The translations under genes were made by a program, and so were the position numbers. A stretch of DNA of 64,000 nucleotides from Camelus dromedarius (Eukaryota). Shown here piece by piece: positions 14,091 through 27,460 of this stretch. The stretch lies in assembly GCF_036321535.1 (NCBI RefSeq), contig NC_087436.1:18478001-18542000 (forward strand), given 5' to 3'. Positions within the stretch are counted from its first letter, which is position 1, and each line of letters begins with the position of its first letter. Under the pieces are notes generated by a model. The model searched no databases and was not told the origin of the DNA. It saw nothing but the letters and a program-made list of their open reading frames with translations.

Positions 14091-14616
14091 GATTCTGTAC
14101 TTTAGTCCTTTCACTAACTATGATGACTTTGGGCCATTTAGTCCCCTAGCAGCTTAGTTTTCTCAGTTGTAAAAATGAAAGAATCAGGCTGGATGATCTC
14201 TAAAGTCATTTCAGCTCTGTGCTTTTACAAGGAAAAAAAACCCTAGCATTTGTTATGTGATCCTGGCACACTTTACATTTCTTCCTTCGCAACAGTCCTT
14301 TAGATTTTTTGCTCATAATTCAGAAATCAGTGGAATCTTTAGTGAAGGAAATGGCAATAATGAAACTAGATATTTCATACCATCTTGTGGCATGTGTTAA
14401 TTAATTATCAAGCTATATGTAGCAAAAAAACATACATTTTATTATTCTGTTTTCTACAAAGGATTAATCTCCCATCTGTTCTTGCTTTATTAATACATTT
14501 AGGAAATATTTACTAATCATCTTCTGTGTGTCAGGCACTGCTCTAGTACAACAGTGTCGAAGATATAACAGTGAACAAAATAAACCCAAGGCTTTGCATA
14601 GAGCTTACACTTAGAT

Positions 14617-15519
14617 CATCGGTTCTCAAAACGTGGTCCCTGAAAAATATTTCTGAGGGTCCAAGAGGTTAAAAACATTTTATGAATAATAATAAAGCAT
14701 TATTTGACTTTTTCAGTGTGTTCACATTTGCACTGATGGTACAGAAACATTGGTGGGTTAAATCTCAAGTGCCTTGGCATGAATCAAGGTAGTGGTACCA
14801 AGTGCACTAGTAGTTACTGTTTTCTCCACCACCACACACTTGCAGGAAAAGAAAAAAAAGATCAGTTTCATTTAAGAAGTCTTTAATGAAGCAAGAAAAA
14901 GTAACTTTTATATTAAATTTCAGTCTTTGAGTATACATCTTTTTAATATTCTGTGCGATAAAACAGGAAATACACATAAAGCACTTCTGCTGTGTACAGA
15001 CGTACAATGGTTGCGTTGAGGAAAAGCGCATGTGATTATTTGAATTGTATGCTGAACTAGCCACTTTTTAAAATGAAACCCCATCTTTCCTTGAAAGAAC
15101 AACTGGAAGATAAACTATGGTTATTTAAACATGAAAATTTGGCAGACTTTTTTTGAAAATGAGCCAAGTAAGCCTGCAACTTTCAGGAAAATAACTGACA
15201 GTGTTTGTTGCCAAAGATAAAATTCAACTTTCAGGAAAAAATTAGAATTTTGGAAAATCTGTATTTTCCAAACCACTGTTAGTTTGACCGCTTCCCCAAA
15301 CACCAAGAATTCTAATCAGATTGGTGGCAATGTTAGCAAATGTGACTTTTTTGATATTGTATAATGAAGTGTGCCAACATTGGAAGATCTATGTAGCTCA
15401 GCAAACTGTTTTCCAAATGATTGACACGTGATGTTTCAAAATCACGCATGCATTGAAGGTCCATTAAAGGTGTGAGAGAGACATTACATTTCAATGTGAC
15501 AGTATGAAACATTCATTGA
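14617..15519 (+). mobile_element. hAT-Charlie DNA transposon (Charlie1a-like), left part
   Basis: Terminal-like catcggttctcaaaacgtggtcc followed by decayed Charlie transposase sequence (gcacttctgctg...tggttgcgttgaggaaaagc, aaattagaattttggaaaa). Confidence 0.85.
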
Positions 15520-18006
15520 GAAGGGGAACTGCGCAGTTGAGGCAACGTGGACTCAGCTTTCAGATCTTCTTGGTAAACCTGATGCATCACCGTGCTGCCC
15601 AAAAGACTTGTGTGGCTGTGGACACTACCTTCTGGAGTTTTCCACCTAGCTTTCACCAAGACCTCCCATGTTGTGAAGAATTCCATCACAAAGAATCAGT
15701 GGCTTTTAACACCCAGCAGGGAATATGCCACCAAGACAAGAATTGGGAGCCTGCATGGGAATACTGGCCAAGAACTCAAAGTGGCCACATTGGAAATGTT
15801 AATCAAAGGAATATTTAAAATCGATCAGATGGGGAAGATGGTTTTTTGCTGGAGGGAGGGCCTGCTATTCGTCGGAAAGCATTGTGCTACTTTGACTTGG
15901 CAATGACATTGTCCAATGAGATAGGAGCTATTGAAAAGGCTGTTATTTAGCCTCAGCACGTGAAGGACAGAATTTATTCTAACTGTACTTATTTAGCATG
16001 AAGTACTGGTTTAACAGCTTTGTCTGCCCTGGCAGTGAGCAGAACTCTCATTCTCACATGAACTTAATGATGACAGGCTCTTGGGTGACAAGTGGTGTGA
16101 CCTTTGCAGACATGATTGGAGCTGGAATGCTGGTACAACTGACACCATGTAACTGCAGCCCAGGCCCAAAGCATCTTGCTTGGTCACTACATTCTGGTGT
16201 GACGGGAGCAGTGGTGGCTTCTCTGATGATATTGGGGGAGCAGTCTCTTCTCATTGGAGCTGCATGGTACACAGCAGCCATCCCGGGAGGCCTCTCCACT
16301 GTTCCATGTATGCACCAGGGAGAAGTTTTTGAACATGGGGGCACCCCTGGAGGTAGACCTTGGTCTTTGTGTCCTCACTGGGATCTGCTTCTGTACATGG
16401 TACCAGTCTGTACTGAGTGGCAATTCATGGTAGATGAGTTCTTTTCAGCATGTTCCTTCTGTATGACACCCATAAAGTAGTCAACTATGCAGAAATAGTA
16501 ACAGTGTAAGGAGTTCAAAACTATGATACCATCAGTTCCATGCTGGGAATCTACATCAATGCATGAAATACATTTATGTAAGTTGCCAGTATTCTAGCAA
16601 CTGGAAGCAACAGGAAGAAGTGAAGTGACTCAACTTCTGACTTCTTTAATACATCAGATACCTTGCATAATGGGCGTGTATACTCATGAAATGGTTTGTA
16701 CAAGCAGCTCTCACTGAAGATTAGAAGATAAAGGCCTGTCAACATCTTTCAAACATTCCAGTAATGTGGTGCTTCAGGTCTGCCTTTTCCTCCGAGGACA
16801 AATTCAGTAGTTCTTTTCCAAATAAGCACACACATTCCCAGTTCTCATGCTTGAGTAATTCTGAACTTTTTAATCAATGTGAATACTGAGGTTTCTGTTG
16901 TAAGAACTGAAGCATTTTATCTATTTTAAAAATTATTTGGTTAAGTGAAAATTAGCAAAATGCGTTTACCTACATTTTTTTTGGAATTTAGAACATTAAC
17001 AAGTAATATCATAAGTGACACAGAGGTTTGATAAAGGGACCAGAGAGAAGTAAAGGGTCACCTGCAGTCTTTCTTTGAATACTTAGGTTTTAGCACTTGT
17101 GTAATTGTGGTGAGCTAATGAGAAGGGTCTGGGCAAACTAGTCATTGCTCTTTTTTACATTTGTCTACTGAACTTATCAGAAGCATTGAGCACAGACATA
17201 GGTGATTCATTCTCCCACTGTTCCTTCTCCGTGCTCTTTTTACAACACAGATGTGAGCATGTTTGGTTTCTCATTGTTTGACATTGGTAGCACAGTCCAG
17301 AATGTTAATCATATAAAGAATTCCTGATATATATAATATAGCCATAATCCCTGACACATCATATATACTATATACGTGTGTGTAAATTTTATTTTTGAAT
17401 CTTCTAGAACAAAAATATCCTTAAAATTTTTCTCAGCATAAAATCAAAGCATGAAAATAGTTGCATTTTCAAGTATACAAACGATATGCTCCTCATTTTT
17501 GAATTTTTTATATATTTATCAAAATATTTAATAGAATATATACTTGCCTTTCTCATCTCTTCAAGCTTTGAAGCTTTCATCAGAAAAGCCTCTTTGTAGC
17601 TTACACTTGAGATTTTGAGATTAGTTTTTCTTCTAAGATGTGGTTTCTCATGTTCCTTCTCAGACTAAGCCCTAAAAGGGAAGGCAAAACGAGGCTTTCT
17701 TTGTGAACTGTATCAATCAAAAATGGTATGGGGAAAATGCTTCTATAGAGCTTTCCTGAGCAGAATTTTCCTTCTCTCCTGTGTAGACCGTGGATTAACT
17801 CTTTTGTGACATTTGTAAATTTTTTATACATTAGAGTTATTTTTGAAAGTTACTTAATCAATAAAATAAATGTGTCTGATTATTAAGATGACTGTTGCTT
17901 CTGACAAATCTTTATTACAGTAATCCAGATATAACTGTTCTAGCCACCTCAAGTTATATAGGATGCTTATTTCTGAAATAATAATTCCAGCCAGATGATT
18001 AAAAAA
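15520..18006 (+). pseudogene. GHITM: GHITM (TMBIM5/MICS1) processed pseudogene: 5' UTR, decayed CDS (about 15592-16623), 3' UTR and A-tail remnant
   Basis: Intronless homology: VVKNSITKNQWLLTPSREYATKTRIG, IFKIDQMG, SNEIGAIEKAVI, SPGPKHLAWSLHSGVTGAVVA, ...ATGSNRKK-TGA. Start codon reads GTG, in-frame TAG at 15948-15950, several frameshifts, AATAAA at 17860 and 17865. Confidence 0.93.
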
Positions 18007-18420
18007 GGTTCAGATATATTTTCAGATTTTGTACTGCAACTATCCTTTAAGAAACTATTACTTGTTGAGCATTGTATCAGAGGAAAATACACACAATTAT
18101 GCAAAAATGTTATTAGAAGACTCCTCACTTTTACAACTATGTATCTTTGTCAGGCCGGGTTTTCTTCATAAACTACCGAAACAACATATTGCACTGATAG
18201 AATGAGAAGATATAAGAATTTTTGATTAAGTGAGATATTAATGAGATTTGAAAATGTTAAACAATGCCATTCTACTCAGGCCCTTTTTTTTTGTTTTGGA
18301 AAATATAATTATTTTTCATAAAAATGTTATGTATGATAATATTTAATGAATTTATCATTGCTATTTTAAAATAATATAGTATTTAACTCTATTAGATTTT
18401 AATATGTTCAAGTGAATAAA
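18007..18420 (+). mobile_element. hAT-Charlie DNA transposon (Charlie1a-like), right part resuming after the GHITM retrocopy
   Basis: ttcagattttgtactgcaactatcctttaagaaactattacttgttgag...caggccgggttttcttcata continues the Charlie1 sequence from where the left part stops. Confidence 0.82.
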
Positions 18421-19449
18421 AAATTAAAATTTATTTCCTTCATTTCAACCATTTAATAAAAATGTTATTATGGGATATACTATGCTTTATACATTATGAT
18501 ATCTATTATTTTCAGGAGAGAAATGGACACAATGTGTTATGAGACAAAGCTCTACCCTTTCTTTTCAATTGTCTTTATTAAAGGGACAATTGTATAGCTC
18601 TACTTGTATACTTATACTGTTTTTAATGTTTTCTTAATTAGTATTAATTGAATACCATATTTACAACTGAAGGTAATTTGACTATTTACACATTTGCACA
18701 TCCAATAAAAATTTCAGGTTTATGTATATTTATTATATGCCATAGAGAAAAACAAAGATTTGCTATCAAATGATTCTCCTTATTACACTGCCTTTTGCTG
18801 CAAAGAACAATATGGAATTTCTATTTCTCTTCCCTCCTGCCAATGTCATCAAACAAACGGCTTGAAACTGAGCACCTTAGCCTAAGAAAGAAATTTTTGA
18901 AACTGAAATTAAACATAACTTTCCTTTATCACAGAAGTTGATAAGGTACCCCATGAAGCTGTACCCCATCCCCTATTCTTTATCCTTATTCCTTAGAATA
19001 GCACTAAGTGGTCTCCACATTTTTTTACGGTGATAAATCCACTCTAGGATAATCTCTCCCTAGATCACTGAAGTATACAACTAAAGCAACCCAAAGAGGG
19101 AACAAAAGCACTAAAATAGTATCAAATAATCATCACCTTCTATATACCAGGTGCTTTATATATAGTATTGTTAATCTCAAAAGAACATATAAGGTGGGAT
19201 TTATTATATTCATTTTTCAGATGAGGAAAGTAAGTTTCAAAATTCTGCCTGAGTCCAGGTTGTTAATAAGTGGTAGATCTGGAATTCAAACACACAACTG
19301 TGTACCTAGGTACTACTGATCACATGGTCAGAGATAACAAATGTGAACAGGACTTGAAATCAAATCCTCTATATCCTGCTCTTTCCATTAACACCAGGTA
19401 CCTCATGGATAACTGACGTCACTGCAAGTAATAATAAAAATCACAGTAT

Positions 19450-20450
19450 CCAGAGTAGAAAGGCAACCTACAGAATGGGAGAAATATTTGCAAATTATAT
19501 ATCTGATAAGGGATTAATATCTAGAATATATAGAAAACTCCTAAAACTCACCACTGCCACCATCAAAAAAACCCCAATTTGAAAACCAGCAAAGACTTGA
19601 ATAGACATTTCTCCAAAGAAGCTATATAAATGGCCAATAAGCACATGAAAAAAAAGCTCAACAAAACTAATCATTAGGGAAATGCAAATTAAAATGAAAA
19701 TGAGATACCACCTTCCAACCAGTAGAATAGTTAGCATAAAAAAACCAGAAAATAGTAAGTGTGGGCAAGGATTTAGAGAAGTTGGAACCCGTGTGCACTG
19801 TTGGTGGGGAAGTAAAATGATACGCCTGCTGTTGAAAACAGTATGATGGTTCCTCAAAAAATTAAAAGTAGAATAACCATATGATCCAACAATTCCATTT
19901 CTGAGTATATATCCAAAAGAACTGCAAGCAGGGTCTCAAGGAGGTATTTTGTACATCTACGTTCATAGCAGCATTATTTACAACAGCTAAAACATGGAAG
20001 AAACCCAAATGTCCAGTAATGGATGAATGGATAGGCAAAATGTGATATATGCATACAGTAGAATATTATTCAGCCTTAAAGAGGAAGAAAATTCTGACAT
20101 ATGCTACATGAATGAACCCAGAGGATATTATGCTAAATGAAATGAGACAGTCATAAAAAAAAATACCATGTAATTTCACTTATATGGAGTACTTAGAGTA
20201 AGTAATCAAATTCATAGAAACAGAGAGTAGAATTGTGGTTGCCAATAGCTGGGGAAAGGGTGGACTTGGGAATTATTGTTTAATGAGTATAGAGTTTCAA
20301 TTTTATGCAATGAAAGGAGTTATGAGGATGATTGTAGGTGATGGTTGTACAATATTATGAAAATATTTAATGCCAATGAACTATGAACTTAAAAGTGGTT
20401 AAGATGGTAAATTTTACATATATTTTACCTCTATAAAAATTGGAAAAAAA
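19450..20450 (+). mobile_element. Older L1 (L1MA/MB-type) 3' portion
   Basis: aaggcaacctacagaatgggagaaatatttgcaa... through gttaagatggtaaattttac 3' end. Confidence 0.88.
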
Positions 20451-20459
20451 ATAGACCCC

Positions 20460-20625
20460 AGAGAGCTCCCTTTCTGTGCACATGCACCAAGAAAAGGCCA
20501 TGTGAGGACAGAACAAGAAGGTGGCAGTCTGCAGGCCAGGGAGAGAGCCCTCACCAGAAATCAAATCAGCTGAATCTTGATCTTAAACTTCAGAATTGTG
20601 AGAAAATAAATTTCTGTTATTTAAG
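20460..20625 (+). mobile_element. MLT1 (MaLR) LTR fragment
   Basis: gccatgtgaggacagaacaagaaggtggcagtctgc...cagaattgtgagaaaataaatttctgtt. Confidence 0.75.
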
Positions 20626-21769
20626 AAAAAAAAAATCAACAGTTACTGAGCTTTTATTATATCAGGCATTATTTCAAGTGCCTATGTGTAGCAACTCATA
20701 AAGTCCTCCAGACAATGCTATGAACCAAGTCCTTTTCTTATCCTCATTTTACAAAAGAATGAAGTGAAGCACAGAAAGATTAACAGATTTGCCCAAGGTC
20801 CATATTTATTCCTTCTTGTATAATTTAGTACATTTGAGAATATTGCCATCTTATTGAAAGTCCTTTGGCAGTATTATGTATTTATTTGAAGAAAAAAAAT
20901 CATTCATTGCTTCAATGATCACTTCTATACTGAAGACCTCCAATTATGCATCTCTAGTCCTAATGTTAAACTGAGATTTGATTTACAAACTGTGTTTTTC
21001 TCAATATTGTCAAATCTATTGTCATCTTTTCCCAATGTCCATTTTTCTCTCAATTCTCCTAATTGCCCTATGTTTCATTTTTACTTAGTGCTTTATTTCA
21101 TCACCAGCAATTTGTTCCAAACAATCCTTCTGTTTTTGGGGGAAAAAAAAACAAAACCCTTAAGCCCCACTTACTGCTATTCACAGGGATGTTTTTCTAG
21201 TTCAGGTTTAAATTATCTCTTGCCAGAATTCTTCTACATCTTGCAACTGATGTCAGACTAATCTTCCAGTCTTCCAGAAATGTGAATTCTATCCTTTTCT
21301 TAAAAAATAAATACACTATCCTGTTATTGCCTTCAGAATCAAGAGTCTCCCCTATATTAGTTTCCAGTTTTGCATGATTTGGATCTGTTCCATACACTCA
21401 ATTTTATTTGCCACTGCTACTCAACTTAAAACAACTGAATAGCTTTCTGTGGCGATAGCTTTATGCACTCTCTCCAGCATCCATTTTTGCTTCTGCTTGT
21501 GCTGGTCTCTTCTCCTAGAAAAATACTGTTCCCTTCATTTAGGCATATCCCAAATACTACCCATTCCTCGAGACCTAGTTCAAGTACTATCACCTTCCTG
21601 AATGTCTATGCACTTCACCTAGTCATTTAAATACACTTTGATGCAATTTTTAGAGGAAGCAATAATGAAGAATTGGATTAAGGCTTGTGTATACTCTAAT
21701 TTTTCAAACGTTAGTTTCTTCTCCAGAAATTGTAACCCTTGTCAGGTCATTTCCTCCCTTTCTAGCACT

Positions 21770-22332
21770 TTAAAAAAATTGAGATGTATTTCATATAACA
21801 TAAGTCACCATTTTAAAGCATATACTTCAGTAGTTTGTAGTATTTTCACTATGTTGTGCAACCACCACCACAGTCTAATCCCAGAACATCTTCATTATCC
21901 TATAAATAATCCTATACCCATTAGCAGTCAATCCATTACTTGCTCCTCACCATCCCCTGCCTCCAGCCCTGGGAAACCACTAATCTTTTTGTTACTGTAG
22001 ATTTGCCCATTCTGGAATTTTATGTAAATGAAATCATACAATACACAGAATTTTTTAAGTTTTATTTTTTACTGAAGTGTAGTTGATTTACAATATTAGT
22101 TTTAGAGGTACAGCAAAGCAATTCAGTTATACATATACGTACATATATATATATATATTTTTTTCTTTTCAGATTCTTTTCCATTATAGGCTACTACAAG
22201 ATACTGAATATAGTTTCTTGTGCTGTACAGTAGGTCCTTGTTGTTTATCTATTTTGTATATAGTAGTGTTTATCTGTTAATCTCAAACTCCTAGTTTACC
22301 CTCCCCTACCCTTCCCCCTTGGTAACCACAGT
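21770..22332 (-). mobile_element. Old L1M 3' fragment (about 21770-22045) with an adjacent younger L1 3' end (about 22052-22332)
   Basis: Reverse L1 3' UTR motifs; degenerate TSD aatacacagaatttttt / aatacatggatttttt. Confidence 0.8.
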
Positions 22333-22639
22333 TAATACATGGATTTTTTTTTTCTCAGCTAATTTCTCATCAAATTCTGCTAACTCTACCCCCCCAAAAT
22401 ATCTGAATCTGACATCGCTTTATCTCCACTATAGCCTAAACCACTGTAACTGATTACCCAGACTACTGCAACAGCCACAAACTGATCTCCCTGCTTTTAC
22501 TCTTGGCTCCCCCCAAATTTATTCTCCACCAGCAGCCAGAGAGATACAGCAAGATAAGAAGCCAATGCTTAAAACACTGTGGCTCTCCATCACACAGTGA
22601 TGAAATATAAGTTCCTTATCACAGCCTGGAAAGTTGGGG

Positions 22640-24691
22640 TGGCCACTGCAATTTCTTAAACTAAGACAACAGTGAAGTTTGCAGCATCGATTGACTCTTC
22701 CTTTCATGAATGGTTTCTCTGTAGCATGCAGTGCTGTTTGATAGCATTTTACTTACAGTAGAACTTCTTACAAAATTGGAATCCATCCTCTCAAACTTTC
22801 CTAATGCTGCTGCTTTATCAACTAAGTTTATGTAATATTCTAAATCCCATTTTCTGGTTCAACAAACTTCATAGCATCTTCGCTAGTAGTTTCCATCTCA
22901 AGATGGAAATTTTTTTTTTTTGCTCATCTATAACAAGCAACTCCTCATCCATTAAAGTTTCATCATGAGATTGCTGCAATTCAGTCACATCTCCAGGCTC
23001 CATTTCTAATTCTAGTTCTTTTGCTGTTTCCACCGTATCTGCATTTACTTCCTTCACTGAAGTCTTGAACCCCTCAAAGTTACCCCTAAGGGTTGGAATC
23101 AAACTTCTTCCAAACTCCTGTTAATGTTGATATTTTAACTTCTTCCCATAAATCACAAACTCTCTTAATGACATTTAGAACTGTGAATCTTCCAGAAGAT
23201 TTCCAACTGACTTTGTCCAGACCCATCTGAGGAATCACTATCCAAGGCAGCTATAGCTTTACAAAATGTATTTATTAAATAATAAGACTTGAAAGTGGGA
23301 ATTAATCCTTGATGCATGGACTGCAGAATGGACACTGTTAGCAGGCACAACACTGTTGAAAACAACACTAATTTTGTGTACATCTCCACCAGGACTCTTG
23401 GGTGACCAGGTTCATTGTTGGTGAGCAATAATATTTTGAAAGGATTTCTGTTTTTTCTGAGCAGTGTCTCAACATTGGGGTTAGAGTATTCAGTAAACTA
23501 CCTTGTAAACAGATGTGCTGTCATCCAGGGCTTGCTGTTCCACTTGCAGAGCACAAGCAGAGTAGAGTTAGCATAATTCTTAAGGGTTCTAGGATTTTCA
23601 GAATATTAATGAGCATTGGCTTTAAGCCACCAGCTTGTGTTGGCCCCAAGAGTCAGTCTGTCCTTTGAAGCTCTGAAACCAGACACTGACTTCTCCTCTC
23701 TAGCTATGAAAAGTTCTAGATGGCATATTCTTCCACTATAAGGCTGATTCATTGACATTAAAAATCTGTTTGGTGTAACCACCTTCATGAGTTATCTTAG
23801 CTAGACCTTCTGGATAACTTGCTGCAGCTTCTACAATACTACTTGCTCCTTCACCTTGTACTTACTTTCCTCAAACTTCATGAACAAACCTCTGCTAGCT
23901 ACAGACTTTTCTTCTGCAGCTCCCTCACCTCTCTTAGCCTTCACAGAGTTGAACAGAACTAGGGTATTGCTTTGGATTAGGCTTTGGCTTAAGGGAACGT
24001 TCTGGCTGGTTTGATCTTCTGTCCTGACCACCAAAACTTTCTCTGTATCAGCAATAAGGCTGTTTTGCTTTCTTATCATTCGTGTGTTCACTGGAGGAGG
24101 ACTTTTCATTTCCTTCGAGAACTTTTCCTTTGCATTCCCAGCTTGGCTCACTGACACAGGAGGCCTAGCTTTTAGCCTGTCTCAGCTTTCGACATGCCTT
24201 CCTCACTAAGCTTAATCATTTCTAGCTTTTGTTTTACAGTGAGACACGTGATTCTTCCTTTCACTTGAACACTTAGATGCCATTGGAGGGCTATTAATTG
24301 GCCCAATTTCAGTATTGTTCTGTCTCAGAGAATAGGGAGGCCAGAGGAAAGGGAGAGAGATGGGGAATAGCCAGTTGATGGAGCAGTCAGAACACACACA
24401 CCATTTATTATGTTCTCTGTCTTATATGGGCATGGTTCATGGCACCCTAAAACAATTACAATAGTAACATCAAAGATCACTGGTCACAGATTAGCATAAG
24501 AAGCATAATAATAATGAAAAAGTTAGAAATACTGTGAGAATTACTAAAATGTGACAGAGACACGAAGTGAGCAAATGCTGTTGGAAAAACAGACTTGCTC
24601 TACTTGAGATTGCCACAAACCTTCAGTTTGTAAAGGATGCAGGATCTGTGGAGTGTGATAAAGTGAAACATAATAAAATGAGGTATGCCTG
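22640..24691 (-). mobile_element. Tigger1 (TcMar) DNA transposon, about 2 kb, decayed transposase, left (3') end truncated
   Basis: Terminal ...aataaaatgaggtatgcctg|TA at 24691. Minus-strand ORF remnants (NAKEKF..VNTRMIRKQNSLIAD..EDQTSQNVPLSQSLIQS; FIAREEKSVSGFRASKDRLTL) are Tigger1/TIGD1-like. Confidence 0.92.
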
Positions 24692-26084
24692 TATCCAGAA
24701 CCAAAAAATCTTCGTCTTTGCAGAGGTCCTATGTGTGCTTGCTGTGGCCGGCTTTCAACACTCGCCAGACACCTTACAACTCTACCTTAGCCTTTATTTC
24801 CTGCTTTCTTAGAGCCTTCAGGGCAGCAGGAGGTGAGAGTTTCAGGCTTTTCTGGGTCTTTCCTGAGCATGCACACAGCCCTAAGTATGAGTTTGGCCTT
24901 CTACAGTCTCAGGACTTTGTCAGTTTTGTAAGTTCTTACAGGACACTCATTCCCCAGTCTTTCCTCACAAGCTTTTTGTTTAGTCTACTGTTTGCCCCAG
25001 CTATTAACTGACCACCTCAGGCAGCAGCAGCCTATATGACATCAGACTTATAAATATTTTCAACCAACACCCTTGGGATGGACCTTTAGCACTAGGCTAG
25101 TTTGGAGTTAGGCAAAATAAAGACATGCCTTTGAGCCATCATTCTAGGGCACCACCAGGCAGATCAGAGCAAATAATCACAATTCTTTTCTCACTCTGGT
25201 ACCATTTTACAAATAAGGAAATTCAGGTATAGAAGTAAGTAACTTAACTTGTTCAAGATACCTGGGTGGTAAGTGGCAGGGCTAGTATTCAAATTCAGAC
25301 AGTCTGGCTTCAGTATTTGATCTCACAATCACTGAGCTACAGTATCTCCTTCAAAGCGGGTCTTCCAGAGTCCTCCAATGCAAAGGGTGTAGAAGGCCTA
25401 TTACAGCAAGCCTAGACTGGGACCGGGGGCTCAGTCTTTTCAAAGTCAATTTGTCTCATCTCTAGCATTTGAAAAGAAAGCCTGTACTTTGATTGTCTAG
25501 CTCCCCCAAGGTTGCTACAAAAGTTGTTGATGCGGTATCCTTATCACTTCATTACTTCTAACATTCAATTCTAATTGGCTCAACTATTTCATTTTACCCA
25601 GGGAGGACACTGCAAGTAGCCAATCTTGGGGCTTTTAGCCACTGAGGAACCAAAGACCTTTAATTCCTTTACTCAAATAACACATTCTAAACGAAACAAC
25701 CTCAGTGTTTTGTTTTGCTTTTTAAATAGTTAACCCTATACATTCAACATGACTCTTACCTCCCCCTTTCTAAGGGAGATCTTTAATTAGGATTTAGAAC
25801 TATTCTCCATATAAATACTTTAAAAAAAAAGTTTACAACACACAGCTATAGGTGTTAGGGAGTCATTAAATGGGAAATTTGCTTTTTAGATGGTTCTAGC
25901 TACAGCATGGAAAATGAAAGATTAATTTTAAGGGGTATATGCCTGAAGGCTGGATGATAAAAAAAAAGGCCATTATAACAGACAAGGCAAAAGATCAAAA
26001 GAAGATGAATGCAGGCAGTAGTAATAAGCATTGACAGGAGAGAGCAGAGTTTTAAAAATTTAAGAAGAGTCAAACTTGGTAATT

Positions 26085-26526
26085 TTGTTGGTTATTTTCC
26101 ATTTGCCCCACAGAACCGTTTTCTACCTTTCTCTGCCCTTCTCTGTACCCTGTAGGGTGGCTGACTCTACAGACTGAATCATCCAAGGTCCCGTACTGGC
26201 TGGCTTTGGATTGGGCTCTTTTAAAAGGAGGCAGGTAAGAGACTGGCAGGCAGGGGGATTCTCTCCTCTGCTTGTGGCCACACTTGTATTTAGGTGGCCC
26301 CTCTTCCACAGCTACAGCTCTTTCTGGGTTCTGGTAATACAGTCCTCTCCTTCTCCCTCTTCAGGACAAGGGATGGTAATAGCTTCCAGCTGTTGCTGGT
26401 CTCCGGGTACCTCATAAATCTTGATGACTCCCTTAATTTCCCTGACCTCCATAAATAGTTCTTTGGTTAAACTCTCTTTAATTAATAAGCCTTTTGAGTC
26501 TTTTTTCTGCAGGGACCTGGACTAGT
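26085..26526 (+). mobile_element. LTR33-like ERVL LTR
   Basis: tttgccccacagaacc...ttctctgcccttctctgtaccctg...ggctgactctacagactg; 3' end taaatagttctttggttaaactctc. Confidence 0.65.
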
Positions 26527-27289
26527 AGTGACTGATGGGGAGTGGGGAGAGGAGTACAAAGAGTTGAGGTGACTCCTAGGTTTAGATTCTTTCCTGTCAA
26601 ATGGATTTTTAGCATTTTCCTGAATGCTTTGTGAGGACACACTCTGTTCAGATTACTTGGAATCTATCCCTAACACCAACAATTTGATTGGCATTCTCAG
26701 AGGGAGATTTAGGCAGTTTCTCCAGAACCACGTATGGTGCCTGGTGTAGAGGAGCACTCAATAAATGGATTTTCTCTCTCATTGTCTGTGAACTCTCCTG
26801 TCACATTATTATAGGCCCTTGTGCACTCAAATTTTGAACTCAGCATTGGTCTGGCCATTATTAGTTTTATATCTAACTTTGAGTTCTAGATTTTAAAATG
26901 TGTATGGAACAGTTAAAAAGGGCTTTGTAAAACAACAACAAAAAAATCCTAACTGTAGTGATTTTTTTTAATTGAAGAAATTAGGAATATTTAGCAGTGA
27001 GAACGCATTAATGCAAATTCCAATACCAAGCAGTTAGCCGAGGGCTGTAGTGTTTTCTTGACCCAATTACAAAATTTTCTCTCCAACAATTCAATATGAT
27101 GAACACTCTATTCTTCACCACATAACAATCACTTCAACTCAAAATAATTTAGTTGAGGGAATCTTCACAATTCTTGTTAAGCCATAAACAAAATATATCC
27201 CCACTGTCTACACTGCCTTTATGCCTACACTGCATACCCTACATACTTCAAATATCCTAACCACCCCTATAGAAGCCTGCCCTGTATCC

Positions 27290-27460
27290 TGCACCCCTAG
27301 AGTGCACATTAGACTCGCCAGGGAGCTCTTTAAAAATACTCATGCCCAGACTCCACCCCAGGCCAATTAAATCAGCATCTCTGGGTAAGAGACCCAGACA
27401 CAGATATTGTTTAAAAGCTCCCCCCAATGATCCTAAAATGCACAGAGTTGAGAACAAGGC
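27290..27460. mobile_element. MER5-type hAT MITE
   Basis: gggagctctttaaaaatactcatgcccagactccaccccaggccaattaaatcagcatctctgg...gttgagaac. Confidence 0.75.

Noticed and set aside
15998..16480. 160-aa ORF, the longest non-PRMT9 ORF in the window
   Set aside because: A frame-mosaic remnant of the GHITM pseudogene. Only the middle is in the GHITM frame, and there is no evidence of a promoter or coding constraint.
22869..24397. TIGD1-like transposase ORFs as a domesticated gene
   Set aside because: Fragmented by many stops and frameshifts; an ordinary decayed Tigger1.
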